DNA of 64,000 nucleotides from assembly GCF_016026235.1 (NCBI RefSeq), contig NZ_CP065613.1. The stretch is one strand, 5' to 3'. The notes under the pieces are model-generated. The model made no database searches. It was not told the origin of the DNA and saw only the letters and a list, made by a program, of their open reading frames with translations. The position numbers and the translations under genes are program-made. Source of the stretch: Escherichia coli (GTDB taxonomy: Bacteria > Pseudomonadota > Gammaproteobacteria > Enterobacterales > Enterobacteriaceae). Positions 45,107 through 56,191 of this stretch are shown one piece after another (within the stretch, counting starts at the first letter, position 1; each line of letters opens with the position of its first letter).

Positions 45107-46400
45107 CTGAGGGATCCCCAGAAAATTTAGTAAACCATTATCATATTGGTATACCGTTGCTGTAGAACTTTCAGCCCTGCGTCAAGTGACAGTGTGTTTA
45201 GTATGAGTGGAGAATGTCGAATCACATTCTCCGCCAGTTTTAATAACGAGATGACTCGCCTGTGCTTCACTGTATTTGCCTGATATTTATGATGTATCCC
45301 TTTGTTTTCCAGGCTGAAACCGCTTAACCACATAATGATACTGGCTAATGTTGCGATCAGACTCAATACCGTGACCCGCCCGGATGAATGACTGGCACCA
45401 AACCGTAGTCCAAATCCCCAGCGAGGATTTTTTTCATCCCTGAAATTTTGCTCAATTTGCATTCTACGGCTGTATAATTTCATTACCTGTTTTGGCGAGA
45501 ACTCAGTACTGTTTGTGAAAATAAACCATGGTGATTTCCCGGCAGTACGAGCTTTAGCCGTCACCGATGGTCTGGTTGCTCTTTCCTTCGAGCGTTTAAA
45601 TCTACGACCTTTAGGCTTACTTTTATAAAGATAAAAATGCCCTTCATGTTGTGCATTTTTATCTCGACCCAGCAGGCCTTCACCTAAATAAATTGCTGTC
45701 GTTGATGCTTTTGTGCCTGAGTCCGACACCTTTTCCCAGCCATTACCAACATTGTAATAATGATTGCCCAGTACCCGGCAAATATAGGTCCAGCCACGGG
45801 AGCGGAGCTGTTGGAACCATCGCCCCTGAAAACCGGCATCTGTAATAACAATGACATCAGTCCCGGGGGAAAAGCACTCAGCAAGCGATTCCAGAAAACG
45901 CTCATGTACATCTGCATTCGCTGTCTGTGATGATGGAACGACACAACTCATCAACGGTAAAGAACGCCCGTCACATGCCAGGCTTGCCCGCAAAAGCTGA
46001 AAACGAGAGGCATGATAAGCACTCCAGTCAATGAGTATCACAACACGAGACATTCCCCGCGTAATCTTTTGGGTAATTCGCTGAAAAATGGTGGAAACCT
46101 CATTTTGCAAATGTCGATTCCCCAACAGTCGATCCACCCGCTTTATTTTGTTTTTAACTGATGCCGTACCGGTTAAATGACGCCCGATACTGGTAAGTGT
46201 GAGGGAAGCGCCATTTATTACAGCATTAGTTGCGTCAATCAGTGATTTTTGACGGTAAAGATGCAAAGGGGCCAGTATGTTGTTAAGGAAATTTTGGCAT
46301 AATGAACGTGCAGGCATAGTGGTGATCTCCTTGAAATTGTTAGCACAATCAATTAGATCACATCTCACTATGCCTGTCTTGTTTTCTGGGGATTCCTCAG
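45107..46400 (-). mobile_element. IS4-family (IS10-like) insertion sequence, copy 3
   Basis: Same inverted repeats; 10-bp direct repeat GGGTGTTCCC on both flanks; 1294 bp. Confidence 0.85.
45127..46317 (-). CDS. IS10-like transposase (IS4 family), intact
   Basis: Translation identical to the copy 2 transposase. Confidence 0.85.
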   Translation of the reverse strand: MPARSLCQNFLNNILAPLHLYRQKSLIDATNAVINGASLTLTSIGRHLTGTASVKNKIKRVDRLLGNRHLQNEVSTIFQRITQKITRGMSRVVILIDWSAYHASRFQLLRASLACDGRSLPLMSCVVPSSQTANADVHERFLESLAECFSPGTDVIVITDAGFQGRWFQQLRSRGWTYICRVLGNHYYNVGNGWEKVSDSGTKASTTAIYLGEGLLGRDKNAQHEGHFYLYKSKPKGRRFKRSKERATRPSVTAKARTAGKSPWFIFTNSTEFSPKQVMKLYSRRMQIEQNFRDEKNPRWGFGLRFGASHSSGRVTVLSLIATLASIIMWLSGFSLENKGIHHKYQANTVKHRRVISLLKLAENVIRHSPLILNTLSLDAGLKVLQQRYTNMIMVY

Positions 46401-47998
46401 GGGTGTTCCCTCCTCCGGTTCGCTGTTCTGGTGCTGTTTATCTTCAGTCTGTCGCACTTCATTTTCCGTTTTTTTGACTTCATTTGAGGAGATATGATGA
46501 CCGGGAATCCATTTCGGATCATTCGGGTCGCTAATCCCTTCAACAAATTCTCCGCGAGAGGCAGCCAGTAATTTGTCTGCATCGACAGGATTTTTGGGCG
46601 GAATGTTTTTCCGGGCTTCATGGAGTTCTGCCCGCAGTTCCTGATATTTCTCATCAACAGCATTTACCTGTGACTGAGCATCCAGCGGCTGCGTGTCCTG
46701 ATGATGTTCAGTTGCATCCGGTTCCACTGTTTCAGCCGTTGCCTGTTCATCTGCCATTGCGCAAGATGGTTGCGGTTTTTCTTCATCATCCTGTTTTCCT
46801 TCTTCTGTTACTCGCTGCGGCATCGGGGCAGAGGAGCGACCGCAGGCAATATCCACGATTTCCGGATCAGGGTTGGCATGATCGGTTTCAGTCAGTACCT
46901 TGTTCAGATATTCAGTGACGTGCGCGGGGATGACCTCGATACCAATCGGTGCTTCTTTCACTGACGCAACCACGATGGCGCGGGAATAATCCATCCCGCC
47001 AGGCATGGTGATGAATTTGTCGCGGAAAACAGAAAAGGGCGGTTTATTTTCAGTGATAATTTCCTCAATGCGTTTAGCGTGTGCCGGATGAAGATTATAA
47101 ATATCCACGTCCATTGAACGGGCCAGTACGCCAGTGGCTACGTCGCGCGCCAGCGACGTCAGATCGTGGACGAAACCTTCGCCGCGATCGGTGAGGTTCC
47201 CGCCGCCAGCATTAGCACCGGAAGCCGTGCGAGTGATACGCGAAACACGATTTCCTTTCATCCACTCTTTTGTCAGCAGACCGCGATCGGTGTAGTTGGC
47301 ATCCAGATATGCTTCGAAAAAAGCAGTCATCAGTCCCAGATTTGAATTGCCAGGATTAGGGAAAACTTTGTCAGTATCACGCACGAGTTTGTGGAGGTCG
47401 CGAATCTCCAGCGGGTCGAGCAGACTGGTTTTATGCGAAACAGCCAGAGCAGTAACAGCCGGTAGTTCTTCATCCCGAGCAATGTGTAATGCCTGGAGTT
47501 CGTCGCGTGAAACGTGCGTTACCGGTTTTTCGCTGCCGTGTTGCGCAAGCCAACGAATGGGCAGTTCCTGACCGGAAACTGGCAGGAGCATGTTCTCCTC
47601 AATTTCTGTCATGTCTTCGCCGTTGACGTTGGTATTGTCAGTGCTGGCTGGTTTGTCCTGAACAGAGGGAGAAGATGCGATAAATACCATTGTGATGCCA
47701 TCTTCCCCGCCTTTTTCGTAACGGTTGCAGAATTCCGTATCAAACACGCCTTCTGGTGGGAGGTCATCAACAACGGGCAAATTGACGCGAACAGGTTTTT
47801 TAAAGTCATCTTCATCGTAGCCAGCATCGTCAATCGCAACAGCACCACGGGAGATGGCAATGGATAATTTTTTCGCTTCAGCCCAGTAAAAACCGCCTTT
47901 AATACCGAGGCGTTTTCTTACTTTGTCATTTTTTGCTTCGTAATACAGTGGGTAAACTTGTTTATCGGTGCTCATTGTTTTTTAACCTCAACTCATAT

Positions 47999-48343
47999 TC
48001 AGATTGCATAAAAGAAACGAACTGATGATGCGATATGAGAGAGTTCTTTCAGTCGTTGATAACTGATACCGTATTTCTTGTCAGCCTCTTCAATGCGAGC
48101 TGTGAGTAATGCAATTTCTTTAATGGCACATACACAACAATCAAATGTTCCCAGAACGTAACCGTCATCAATAATTACCGTGACGTTTTCTTTTTGGGAA
48201 ATCTGAATGAAACTATGTAATGTATTCCCACATTTAAATTCGGCGAGAGAATCGTTAATAACATCAAGTTCAATTTCACATTCAATAATGCTCATTGCTG
48301 TTTCCTTTTTTAAGGTTGAGTGAATCCCTGCCATTGCTGGCAT
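47999..48343 (-). CDS. hypothetical prophage early protein
   Basis: ORF in the early-left operon; start may lie at the internal MSIIECEIE. Confidence 0.4.
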   Translation of the reverse strand: MPAMAGIHSTLKKETAMSIIECEIELDVINDSLAEFKCGNTLHSFIQISQKENVTVIIDDGYVLGTFDCCVCAIKEIALLTARIEEADKKYGISYQRLKELSHIASSVRFFYAI

Positions 48344-48369
48344 AAATTCAGTTTCGAATATTCAGTTAA

Positions 48370-48657
48370 TTAAAGTTCGTGTGCCATCTTGTCTTTTTCG
48401 GCACAAGCTGCACTGCAATATTTTCGTTTCTTTCTGGCAATCATGTTTCCATGCATATAAATAAGCTCGCCAGTAAAAGCTTTTTCAGGTAAAAACTGTT
48501 TATTGCAGAGATGGTAATCACATTGTATTAAATCCAGGTCACCTTTTTGCTGGAGAATTTTTCTGATTCTCCACAGCCATTTTTTAATCCCGGTATGACT
48601 GATGGTCTGCCTGAGGGCAGGTGTAAAACAATAATCAAGCATGGGGTTCATATCCAT
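48370..48657 (-). CDS. hypothetical Cys-containing prophage protein (95 aa)
   Basis: CDYHLC and CSAAC pairs suggest possible metal binding; early-left operon. Confidence 0.45.
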   Translation of the reverse strand: MDMNPMLDYCFTPALRQTISHTGIKKWLWRIRKILQQKGDLDLIQCDYHLCNKQFLPEKAFTGELIYMHGNMIARKKRKYCSAACAEKDKMAHEL

Positions 48658-48667
48658 AGCTCCATTT

Positions 48668-49212
48668 TTATTTTAAGGAAAGCAACTGCTCTACGGTCAT
48701 GTTTTTAATTGCGCCCCGGTTTACAAGAGTCCAGCCCTGTTTTTCCAGATAAAACCGGAAAGTCTCCAGGGTACAGACCAGTGCGCCATCAGGAACGGTT
48801 TCGGTGAATTCGACATTGCCGAATTTGTCGAAGTGAACAACCAGAGTGCGACCATCACCCGGAATCATCTTGTCAGCAGGTGGGGTGTTATTCTGGCGCA
48901 GTTCGGCCTCCATGCGGTCGAACTCAGCAATGTAGGCTTCCTTGAATGTGGCGGCTTTTTTGCCCGTGAAGCCCATCACCAGGAAAACGAAGCCGTTTTT
49001 GGTGATTTGGTAGGCGTTATAAGAATTGCCGCGGTGTTCGAATTTAACCCGCGAAAAGTTGCTGGTTAAAAATAGTTCAGAACATTCGAGGGATTCTATT
49101 TTTTGAACAACATGGTGATGCTGCTTGCCAAAAAACTCAGCAATCGAAATAGAAGTAGTGACGGCGCGACCATTTTCGATGGTTACGTCAGGGTGAGAAA
49201 GGGTAGTAGCCA
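48668..49212 (-). CDS. Rha-family phage regulatory protein
   Basis: Start at MATTLSHPDV with gagga RBS; Phage_pRha-like block GRAVTTSISIAEFFGKQHHHVVQKIESL. Confidence 0.7.
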
Positions 49213-49914
49213 TAATGACATCCTCAAGTGATAAGTTAATTAACTCACCAGCAGAGGTGCTAATCTCATGGGTGGTGAGACGCACAGGGTTAGCACTACC
49301 GGTCACTCGAGAACCCGGCCAGCCTTGCGGCTGCCCCGCACGCCTCACCATAATTTGAATGTGGCTGTGCATTACGCATAAAAAAACCGCTTCAGCGCGG
49401 TTATGCGCTCGAGTAACTTTCGGGGTGCTAATCCCGGCACCCGTTTTATGAGGTGCAGGTGCACTATAATTCCACCCGTTCTGGTTTTCAATAGCTACAT
49501 TCAACATTTTCTCTTTCCTTTCATCACCGAAGTGAATTTTGTGATGCGGTGCCTGGTGCCTCCAGGTGACGTTAACCAGTTAACAATTACAGTCGGCTTT
49601 CCCACCCAAAACAATAAGGACTAACATGACTTTTAACTGTGCCGCGTGCGCTTAGCCGCATTCACCGCATCACAAAATTCACTTTAAAAAGGGCGGACAT
49701 CAGCCAGCAATTAAACCGATGCCGCCAACTGGTACTTCACACAGCAATGTCGTTATTTACAACCGGAAGCGCACTCCCACCATTTAAATTTCACAGACAA
49801 GACCGACTCTTTATGAATACCGGAAATGCGCCTTCGTGTTGTGCCCGGTTTTATTTCACCACCTCCGGGCTTTGGTGGTATCTTTACTGAAGTTCTCACA
49901 CAACCAGTAAGGAA

Positions 49915-50238
49915 ATGAATATGCCAACGTATCTCGCCAGAGTAGAACTATATAATGCTGAGCCAGAGGATTACGAAGGGCTTCATAAATATATGCTCTC
50001 ACTAGGATTCAGGAGAACGATCCCCCATGGAGATGGTTCGTATAATCAACTCCCGGACGGAACTTATGTTTCCGAAAAGGGCGGTGATATTTATCAAATT
50101 CGCAGCCAGATATCTGACTATGCAGACCGACTATCCGGGTATCGCGCGTCTGTTTTGTTTGCGAATTCAGTCAATGCGCATGGTATTTATACCCCGCCAA
50201 GACCCGGTGAATATCCTGCACGGCCTTCTGCTTTGTAG
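49915..50238 (+). CDS. hypothetical prophage protein (107 aa)
   Basis: aaggaa RBS 7 bp upstream of ATG; transcribed against the early-left operon; no TM segment. Confidence 0.5.
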   Translation: MNMPTYLARVELYNAEPEDYEGLHKYMLSLGFRRTIPHGDGSYNQLPDGTYVSEKGGDIYQIRSQISDYADRLSGYRASVLFANSVNAHGIYTPPRPGEYPARPSAL

Positions 50239-50390
50239 AAGGCTTCTTCGCTATCATAATCGCCAGATTCCAGCGCTTCTTTAGCCAGCCAGATGCGTGC
50301 CCCAGTGCCTGCATTTGGCTCCAGTTGCTGGAGGCGTTTTGCATCTTCTAGGAGTAGAGCGATAACGTGTTTTAATTCTGTCTCGTTCAT
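50187..50390 (-). CDS. YdaG-like small prophage protein
   Basis: MNETELKHVIALLLEDAKRLQQ; overlaps the 3' end of the 107-aa gene by about 50 bp. Confidence 0.45.
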   Translation of the reverse strand: MNETELKHVIALLLEDAKRLQQLEPNAGTGARIWLAKEALESGDYDSEEAFYKAEGRAGYSPGLGGV

Positions 50391-50391
50391 T

Positions 50392-50547
50392 TTACTCACC
50401 TGAATGTCTTCCCAACCAACGACGTGCGCCAGCTTCGGTTTTAAACGTTTTGCTTTTGGTATACGTCATGGCGGTGAATGTGCCGTCTTGATTGGGAAAC
50501 ACGCCACATACCAGAGATTCGTTGTTGCCAAGATCGATAGTATTCAT
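50392..50547 (-). CDS. YdaF-like small prophage protein (51 aa)
   Basis: MNTIDLGNNESLVCGVFPNQDGTFTAMTYTK...; immediately downstream of the repressor. Confidence 0.5.
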   Translation of the reverse strand: MNTIDLGNNESLVCGVFPNQDGTFTAMTYTKSKTFKTEAGARRWLGRHSGE

Positions 50548-50852
50548 GTTGACCCCATTTCCCCTTAACGCCGGGTGGCGGAACGTTTTATCTACTGCGC
50601 TTTGTATCAATCAACAACTGCCGTCATGTTCGTATGCCTCAGGCTGGCTACTTAGCCCTGTTCAGTGACTGGATAACTCGAGGTATTGTCCTGCCGTTCT
50701 CTGGTGGGGCGTTGTTTGGATATGCTTATTAAACACAATTTGTTTTCTTATGTCAACACGTAATGTGTTTTATGGTGGGTGTCATATGATGATGCTACAA
50801 AAAAGCCCGCTGATAGCGGGCTGATTGGCATATTACTGTGATAGCAAGATCA

Positions 50853-51272
50853 TTATTCCGGTGGGGGATTATCTTTAATCCTGCCTCTCAAATATTTTTC
50901 TACATACTCATCGATTTCTTTTAGCCGGACTTCAAATAGCTCAATCATTCGTTGTTGTTCTGAGCCCGGTAGCTGGTTAAACAACTCAAGAAGTTTTCGT
51001 TGGGATTCATTTAACCACAATTCAGAAGATTCCTGTTCTCCAAAGAGGAGCTCAGGAGGAGATATGCCAAGTGCCTTTCCCAATACGACAGCGTCATGTA
51101 CTCCAACATTTCTGCTGCCCGCCTCATAGTTACCTATACGCGATTGCGTCCATCCGCAGATTTCAGCAAGTTTTCCTTGAGATAAACCAAGCTTCTGCCT
51201 GCGCTCTTTAAGACGCATTGCAATTTTGTCATTGAGCCTACTAGCGGCAATTTTTTCGTTTTCTTTTTCCAT
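50853..51272 (-). CDS. prophage repressor (XRE-family HTH, RacR/cI-like)
   Basis: HTH LGLSQGKLAEICGWTQSRIGNYE; divergent from a cro-like gene. Confidence 0.8.
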   Translation of the reverse strand: MEKENEKIAASRLNDKIAMRLKERRQKLGLSQGKLAEICGWTQSRIGNYEAGSRNVGVHDAVVLGKALGISPPELLFGEQESSELWLNESQRKLLELFNQLPGSEQQRMIELFEVRLKEIDEYVEKYLRGRIKDNPPPE

Positions 51273-51368
51273 TGCATCCTTGTATCACGAATCGTGATTT
51301 ACATAAAACACAAAACAGCTTGACTATATAACACAAGGTGTGTTTAAAATTGTCATCGGAGGTTTTCA
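51273..51368. promoter_or_regulatory. immunity-region operator/promoter between repressor and cro-like gene
   Basis: Palindrome TCACGAATCGTGA plus TTGACT-17 bp-TAAAAT rightward promoter. Confidence 0.5.
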
Positions 51369-51611
51369 ATGAACAAAATTTCAACATATCGAAAACAGCT
51401 TGGGCTGTCTCAAAGACAACTTGCTGTTCAGTTAGGGTGGATACAAAGCCGACTGGCAAATTACGAAGCAAATTTTCGTACCCCTGGACTAGAGGAGTGC
51501 AGAAAAATTGTTTCTACCCTTAATCGGCTTGGCGCTCATTGTGGACTTGACGATGTATTCCCCCCAGACGGTAAGCATAGCGAAAACAGCATAGGAGCGG
51601 TTGATTCATGA
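51369..51611 (+). CDS. Cro/HTH-type regulator (YdaS-like)
   Basis: 80 aa; HTH LGLSQRQLAVQLGWIQSRLANYE. Confidence 0.75.
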   Translation: MNKISTYRKQLGLSQRQLAVQLGWIQSRLANYEANFRTPGLEECRKIVSTLNRLGAHCGLDDVFPPDGKHSENSIGAVDS

Positions 51612-52030
51612 AAATCAGGCATGAGCACATCGAATCAGTGTTGTTAGCCCTGGCAGCCGAAAAAGGGCAGGCGTGGGTCGCTAACGCAATTACTGAAGAA
51701 TATCTGCGCCAGGGGGGAGGTGAATTGTCTCTGACACCAGGCAAGGACTGGAATAATCAGCAGAACATCTATCATCGTTGGTTAAAAGGTGAAACGAAAG
51801 CGCAAAGGGAAAAAATTCAGAAACTGATCCCTGCGGTTCTGGCAATTCTTCCGCGCGAGCTGCGTCACCGACTCTGCATCTTCGATACCCTGGAACGCCG
51901 TGCATTACTGGCGGCGCAGGAAGCGTTGAGTACGGCAATTGATGCGCATGATGATGCAGTCCAGGCCGTTTACCGGAAAGCGCATTTCAGCGGCGGCGGG
52001 TCTTCCGACGATTCTGTCATTGTTCATTAA
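51608..52030 (+). CDS. YdaT-like prophage protein
   Basis: 140-aa ORF overlapping the ydaS-like stop. Confidence 0.65.
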   Translation: MKIRHEHIESVLLALAAEKGQAWVANAITEEYLRQGGGELSLTPGKDWNNQQNIYHRWLKGETKAQREKIQKLIPAVLAILPRELRHRLCIFDTLERRALLAAQEALSTAIDAHDDAVQAVYRKAHFSGGGSSDDSVIVH

Positions 52031-52093
52031 GCAAAAGTTTCCATGCTGTTTGTGCTTATTCTAAGCAACCGGGCAGCATCATACGGGGCAATT

Positions 52094-53242
52094 ATGGCCG
52101 CATTACCATACATGCAACTGTACATAGCTGATTACCTGGCTGACACCATGCATTTGTCAGCAGAGGAGCACGGCGCGTATTTGTTGCTGATGTTCAATTA
52201 CTGGCAAACAGGAAAGCCAATACCCAAAAACAGGTTGGCAAAAATTGCCCGTCTGACTAACGAGCGATGGGTTGATGTTGAACCATCCTTGCGGGAGTTT
52301 TTTTGTGATAACGGCGACGAATGGATGCATCTTCGGATTGAGGAAGATCTGGCATCTGTCAGAGAAAAATTAACCAAAAAATCAGCCGCAGGAAAAGCAT
52401 CTGTTCAGGCCAGAAGAAGCAGAAAGGAAGCAGATGTTCAAACAAAACAAGAGAGAAATTTAACAGGTGTTCAAACAGATGTTGGAGTGATGTTCGAACA
52501 TGATGCCAACACAAAGGCAACTAATAAAGATACAGATAAAGATCTAAAAACAGATCTAACCCATCCCAAACCCTTCCCTTCCGGAAGGGAGTTTCGGGAT
52601 TTTGTGGCTGGAGTGCTTGAGGGGAGATTATCTGGCGGTACTGCAGCGGAATTTTGTAATTCTGCGGTGGTTGCGTTGCAGGCTGCTGGCCTGGATGTCT
52701 GTCGTGAGTATCCGGTGCCAGAGCGTGGTGACGGTTGCGGAGGGCGGATTGATATCGTCGTGACTGACAGGAACGGTGTCCGGTGTGGGATCGAGCTTGA
52801 CCGAAATTCTCCGCGACAGAAATCACTGCTCAAAATCGGTGCTGTTGAAACCGGGATATGTGTCTTGCGGCGCAGTGATATCGCAAGGCACACCGAGCAG
52901 GGAATTCTGGTTATCGGTGGGGCTGTTCGCCAGAAAAAATTTGACCCGTTGTCAGTTGATCTGCCCGACTGGTTGCCAGAAACACTCTGGCATGAGTGGG
53001 TCCAGTTCAGGCAGGCATTGCGAAAACCGATTCGAACGGAGCAGGGCGCTAACGGGGCGATACGGGAACTGGAAAAATTCCGTCAGCAGGGTTTTACACC
53101 TGAGCAGGTGATTCGACACAGCATCGCCAATGAATACCAGGGTCTGTTCGCGCCGAAAGGTGTTCGGCCTGAGACGTTGCTCCGACAGGTTAACACCGTC
53201 TCGTTGCCGGACAGTGCGATCCCGCCAGGCTTCAGGGGGTAA
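52094..53242 (+). CDS. prophage replication protein (YdaU/DUF1376-like)
   Basis: Start at MAALPYMQLYIADYL; precedes the DnaC-like gene. Confidence 0.7.
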   Translation: MAALPYMQLYIADYLADTMHLSAEEHGAYLLLMFNYWQTGKPIPKNRLAKIARLTNERWVDVEPSLREFFCDNGDEWMHLRIEEDLASVREKLTKKSAAGKASVQARRSRKEADVQTKQERNLTGVQTDVGVMFEHDANTKATNKDTDKDLKTDLTHPKPFPSGREFRDFVAGVLEGRLSGGTAAEFCNSAVVALQAAGLDVCREYPVPERGDGCGGRIDIVVTDRNGVRCGIELDRNSPRQKSLLKIGAVETGICVLRRSDIARHTEQGILVIGGAVRQKKFDPLSVDLPDWLPETLWHEWVQFRQALRKPIRTEQGANGAIRELEKFRQQGFTPEQVIRHSIANEYQGLFAPKGVRPETLLRQVNTVSLPDSAIPPGFRG

Positions 53243-53248
53243 CAGACC

Positions 53249-53995
53249 ATGAAAAATATTGCGACAGGAGGCGTTCTGGAGCGTATCCGCAGACTGACCC
53301 CACCACATGTAACCGCCCCATTCAGAACGGTTGCGGAGTGGCGCGAGTGGCAACTTGCTGAAGGCCAGAAACGTTGCGAGGAGATCAACCGCCTGAATCG
53401 TCAGTTGCGGGTGGAAAAAATCCTGAACCGCTCCGGCATCCAGCCGTTGCACCGGAAGTGTTCGTTTGCGAATTACCGGGCGCAGAACGACGGTCAGCGA
53501 CATGCACTGAGTCAGGCGAAATCCATAGCTGACGAACTGATGACAGGCTGTACGAATTTTGTGTTCAGCGGTAAGCCCGGCACCGGAAAAAATCATCTTG
53601 CAGCCGCGATTGGCAACCGGCTGATGGCGAAGGGGCGTAGCGTGATTATCGTCACCGTGTCCGATGTCATGAGCGTGTTGCATGAGAGCTACGACAACGG
53701 CAAATCCGGTGAAAAATTTTTACAGGAGCTTTGTGGTGTTGACCTGCTGGTCCTGGATGAAATTGGCATGCAGCGGGATACGAAAAACGAGCAGGTGGTA
53801 CTGAACCAGATTGTTGATCGCCGGACGGCATCGTTACGCGGTGTGGGGATGCTGACAAATATTAACCATGCAGCGATGAATACACTTCTCGGCGAGCGGG
53901 TGATGGATCGCATGGTCATGAACGGCGGGCGCTGGGTGAATTTTAACTGGGAGAGCTGGCGTCCGAATGTTAGCCATTCGAGGGTTGTTAAGTAG
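53249..53995 (+). CDS. DnaC/IstB-like replication ATPase (YdaV-like)
   Basis: Walker A GKPGTGKNH and Walker B LLVLDEIG. Confidence 0.85.
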   Translation: MKNIATGGVLERIRRLTPPHVTAPFRTVAEWREWQLAEGQKRCEEINRLNRQLRVEKILNRSGIQPLHRKCSFANYRAQNDGQRHALSQAKSIADELMTGCTNFVFSGKPGTGKNHLAAAIGNRLMAKGRSVIIVTVSDVMSVLHESYDNGKSGEKFLQELCGVDLLVLDEIGMQRDTKNEQVVLNQIVDRRTASLRGVGMLTNINHAAMNTLLGERVMDRMVMNGGRWVNFNWESWRPNVSHSRVVK

Positions 53996-54009
53996 TTTCA
54001 GGAGGATTT

Positions 54010-54432
54010 ATGGCGAAACCTTTTACTCCCGAACAGCGGGAAGAACTGAAGACGCGAATTGTGGAACTCGTGCATCAGGACGGTCGGGTCACGATTCGGC
54101 AGTTGTCAGATGAAACAGGTATCAGTCGTGCGTCTGTCGGTCGCTTATGCATGGAACTGGTCGCAAGTGGTGATGTATATAATTCTGGCTACGGGGTATT
54201 TCCCTCTGAACAGGCTCATAAAGACTGGCAAAACGCCCGCAAAAAGCTATCGAGGGTAAAGGTGAAGAAACCGGTTGTGGTTGATCCTGACCTTATCTGG
54301 TCATTACCAGACGGAGAAATACGCCGCTACGACAGGCGCCTGAATATAATCTGTCGCGAGTGCCGGAAGAGCGAAGCTATGCAGCGCGTGCTGGCGTTTT
54401 ATCAGGGGAAATTTCAGGAGGCGGTACTGTGA
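54010..54432 (+). CDS. hypothetical prophage protein with HTH-like segment
   Basis: 140-aa ORF; TIRQLSDETGISRASVGRL resembles an HTH. Confidence 0.5.
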   Translation: MAKPFTPEQREELKTRIVELVHQDGRVTIRQLSDETGISRASVGRLCMELVASGDVYNSGYGVFPSEQAHKDWQNARKKLSRVKVKKPVVVDPDLIWSLPDGEIRRYDRRLNIICRECRKSEAMQRVLAFYQGKFQEAVL

Positions 54433-54475
54433 GTAAAATTAGCTATGAAGTGGTCAACAAAAACTGGCCACCGAG

Positions 54476-55623
<1,148 letters not shown>

Positions 55624-55742
55624 TATGGCACCTGTGTTGTTCTGAGGTGAGCATATCACCTCTGTTCAGGTGGCCAAATTCAGTAAACCACTTCACTATC
55701 AGGCTTCAATTACCGCTGGTATTCGCATCAAAGGAGAGGAGC

Positions 55743-56099
55743 ATGGAAATAAAACCAGAAGATGAGTTAAGCAATATCGTTTTATTTCCGGTAAAAGAGG
55801 ATGACCCACGTAATCAGGTTAATTTTCTTTATGAACCATCGGAAAGACCATATTGCCATCACGCCTCTGTCCGGGTTGACGAAAAAGAGCGTCAGGTCCG
55901 CTGTAAAATCTGCGGTGCGGTTGTGGAGCCGTTTGACTGGATGCTCTCTGTGGCAAAAAGAGAAACCAGACTGGCAGATGATGTAAGGCTATTGCGCCAG
56001 GAGGAACAGGAAAGGCGGAGAAATATAGAAAAGCTGATACAGATTGAGCGTAACGCGAAAGCGCGGATACGCAGGGCGACAAAATCCAGAACTGAATAA
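55743..56099 (+). CDS. hypothetical prophage protein with zinc-ribbon-like Cys/His cluster
   Basis: Start at MEIKPEDE with gagagga RBS; CHH...CKIC then a basic coiled-coil tail. Confidence 0.5.
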   Translation: MEIKPEDELSNIVLFPVKEDDPRNQVNFLYEPSERPYCHHASVRVDEKERQVRCKICGAVVEPFDWMLSVAKRETRLADDVRLLRQEEQERRRNIEKLIQIERNAKARIRRATKSRTE

Positions 56100-56191
56100 T
56101 TAAATTTAGCACTGTTAAAAATTTAATCCTTAACCGGAGGGATTTCTGCACCCTCAAATCATCAGGAGACCGCCCGAAAGGGCGGTAATGA

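Larger units (their letters stand above)
44732..47975 (-). pseudogene. RecE-like N-terminal-domain gene, IS-disrupted and frameshifted, without the exonuclease domain
   Basis: Residues about 120-540 match the non-catalytic N-terminal part of Rac RecE; interrupted at 45107-46400 by the IS; frame change near 44960; ends at 44732. Confidence 0.7.

Noticed and set aside
46397-46964. Several 60-90 aa ORFs overlapping the recE-like gene and the adjacent IS
   Set aside because: Embedded in or antisense to the long recE-like reading frame and the IS transposase; no independent support.
49403-49890. ORFs 49403-49624 and 49639-49890 in the long prophage intergenic region
   Set aside because: No RBS and low-complexity translations; the region is more likely regulatory or non-coding RNA.
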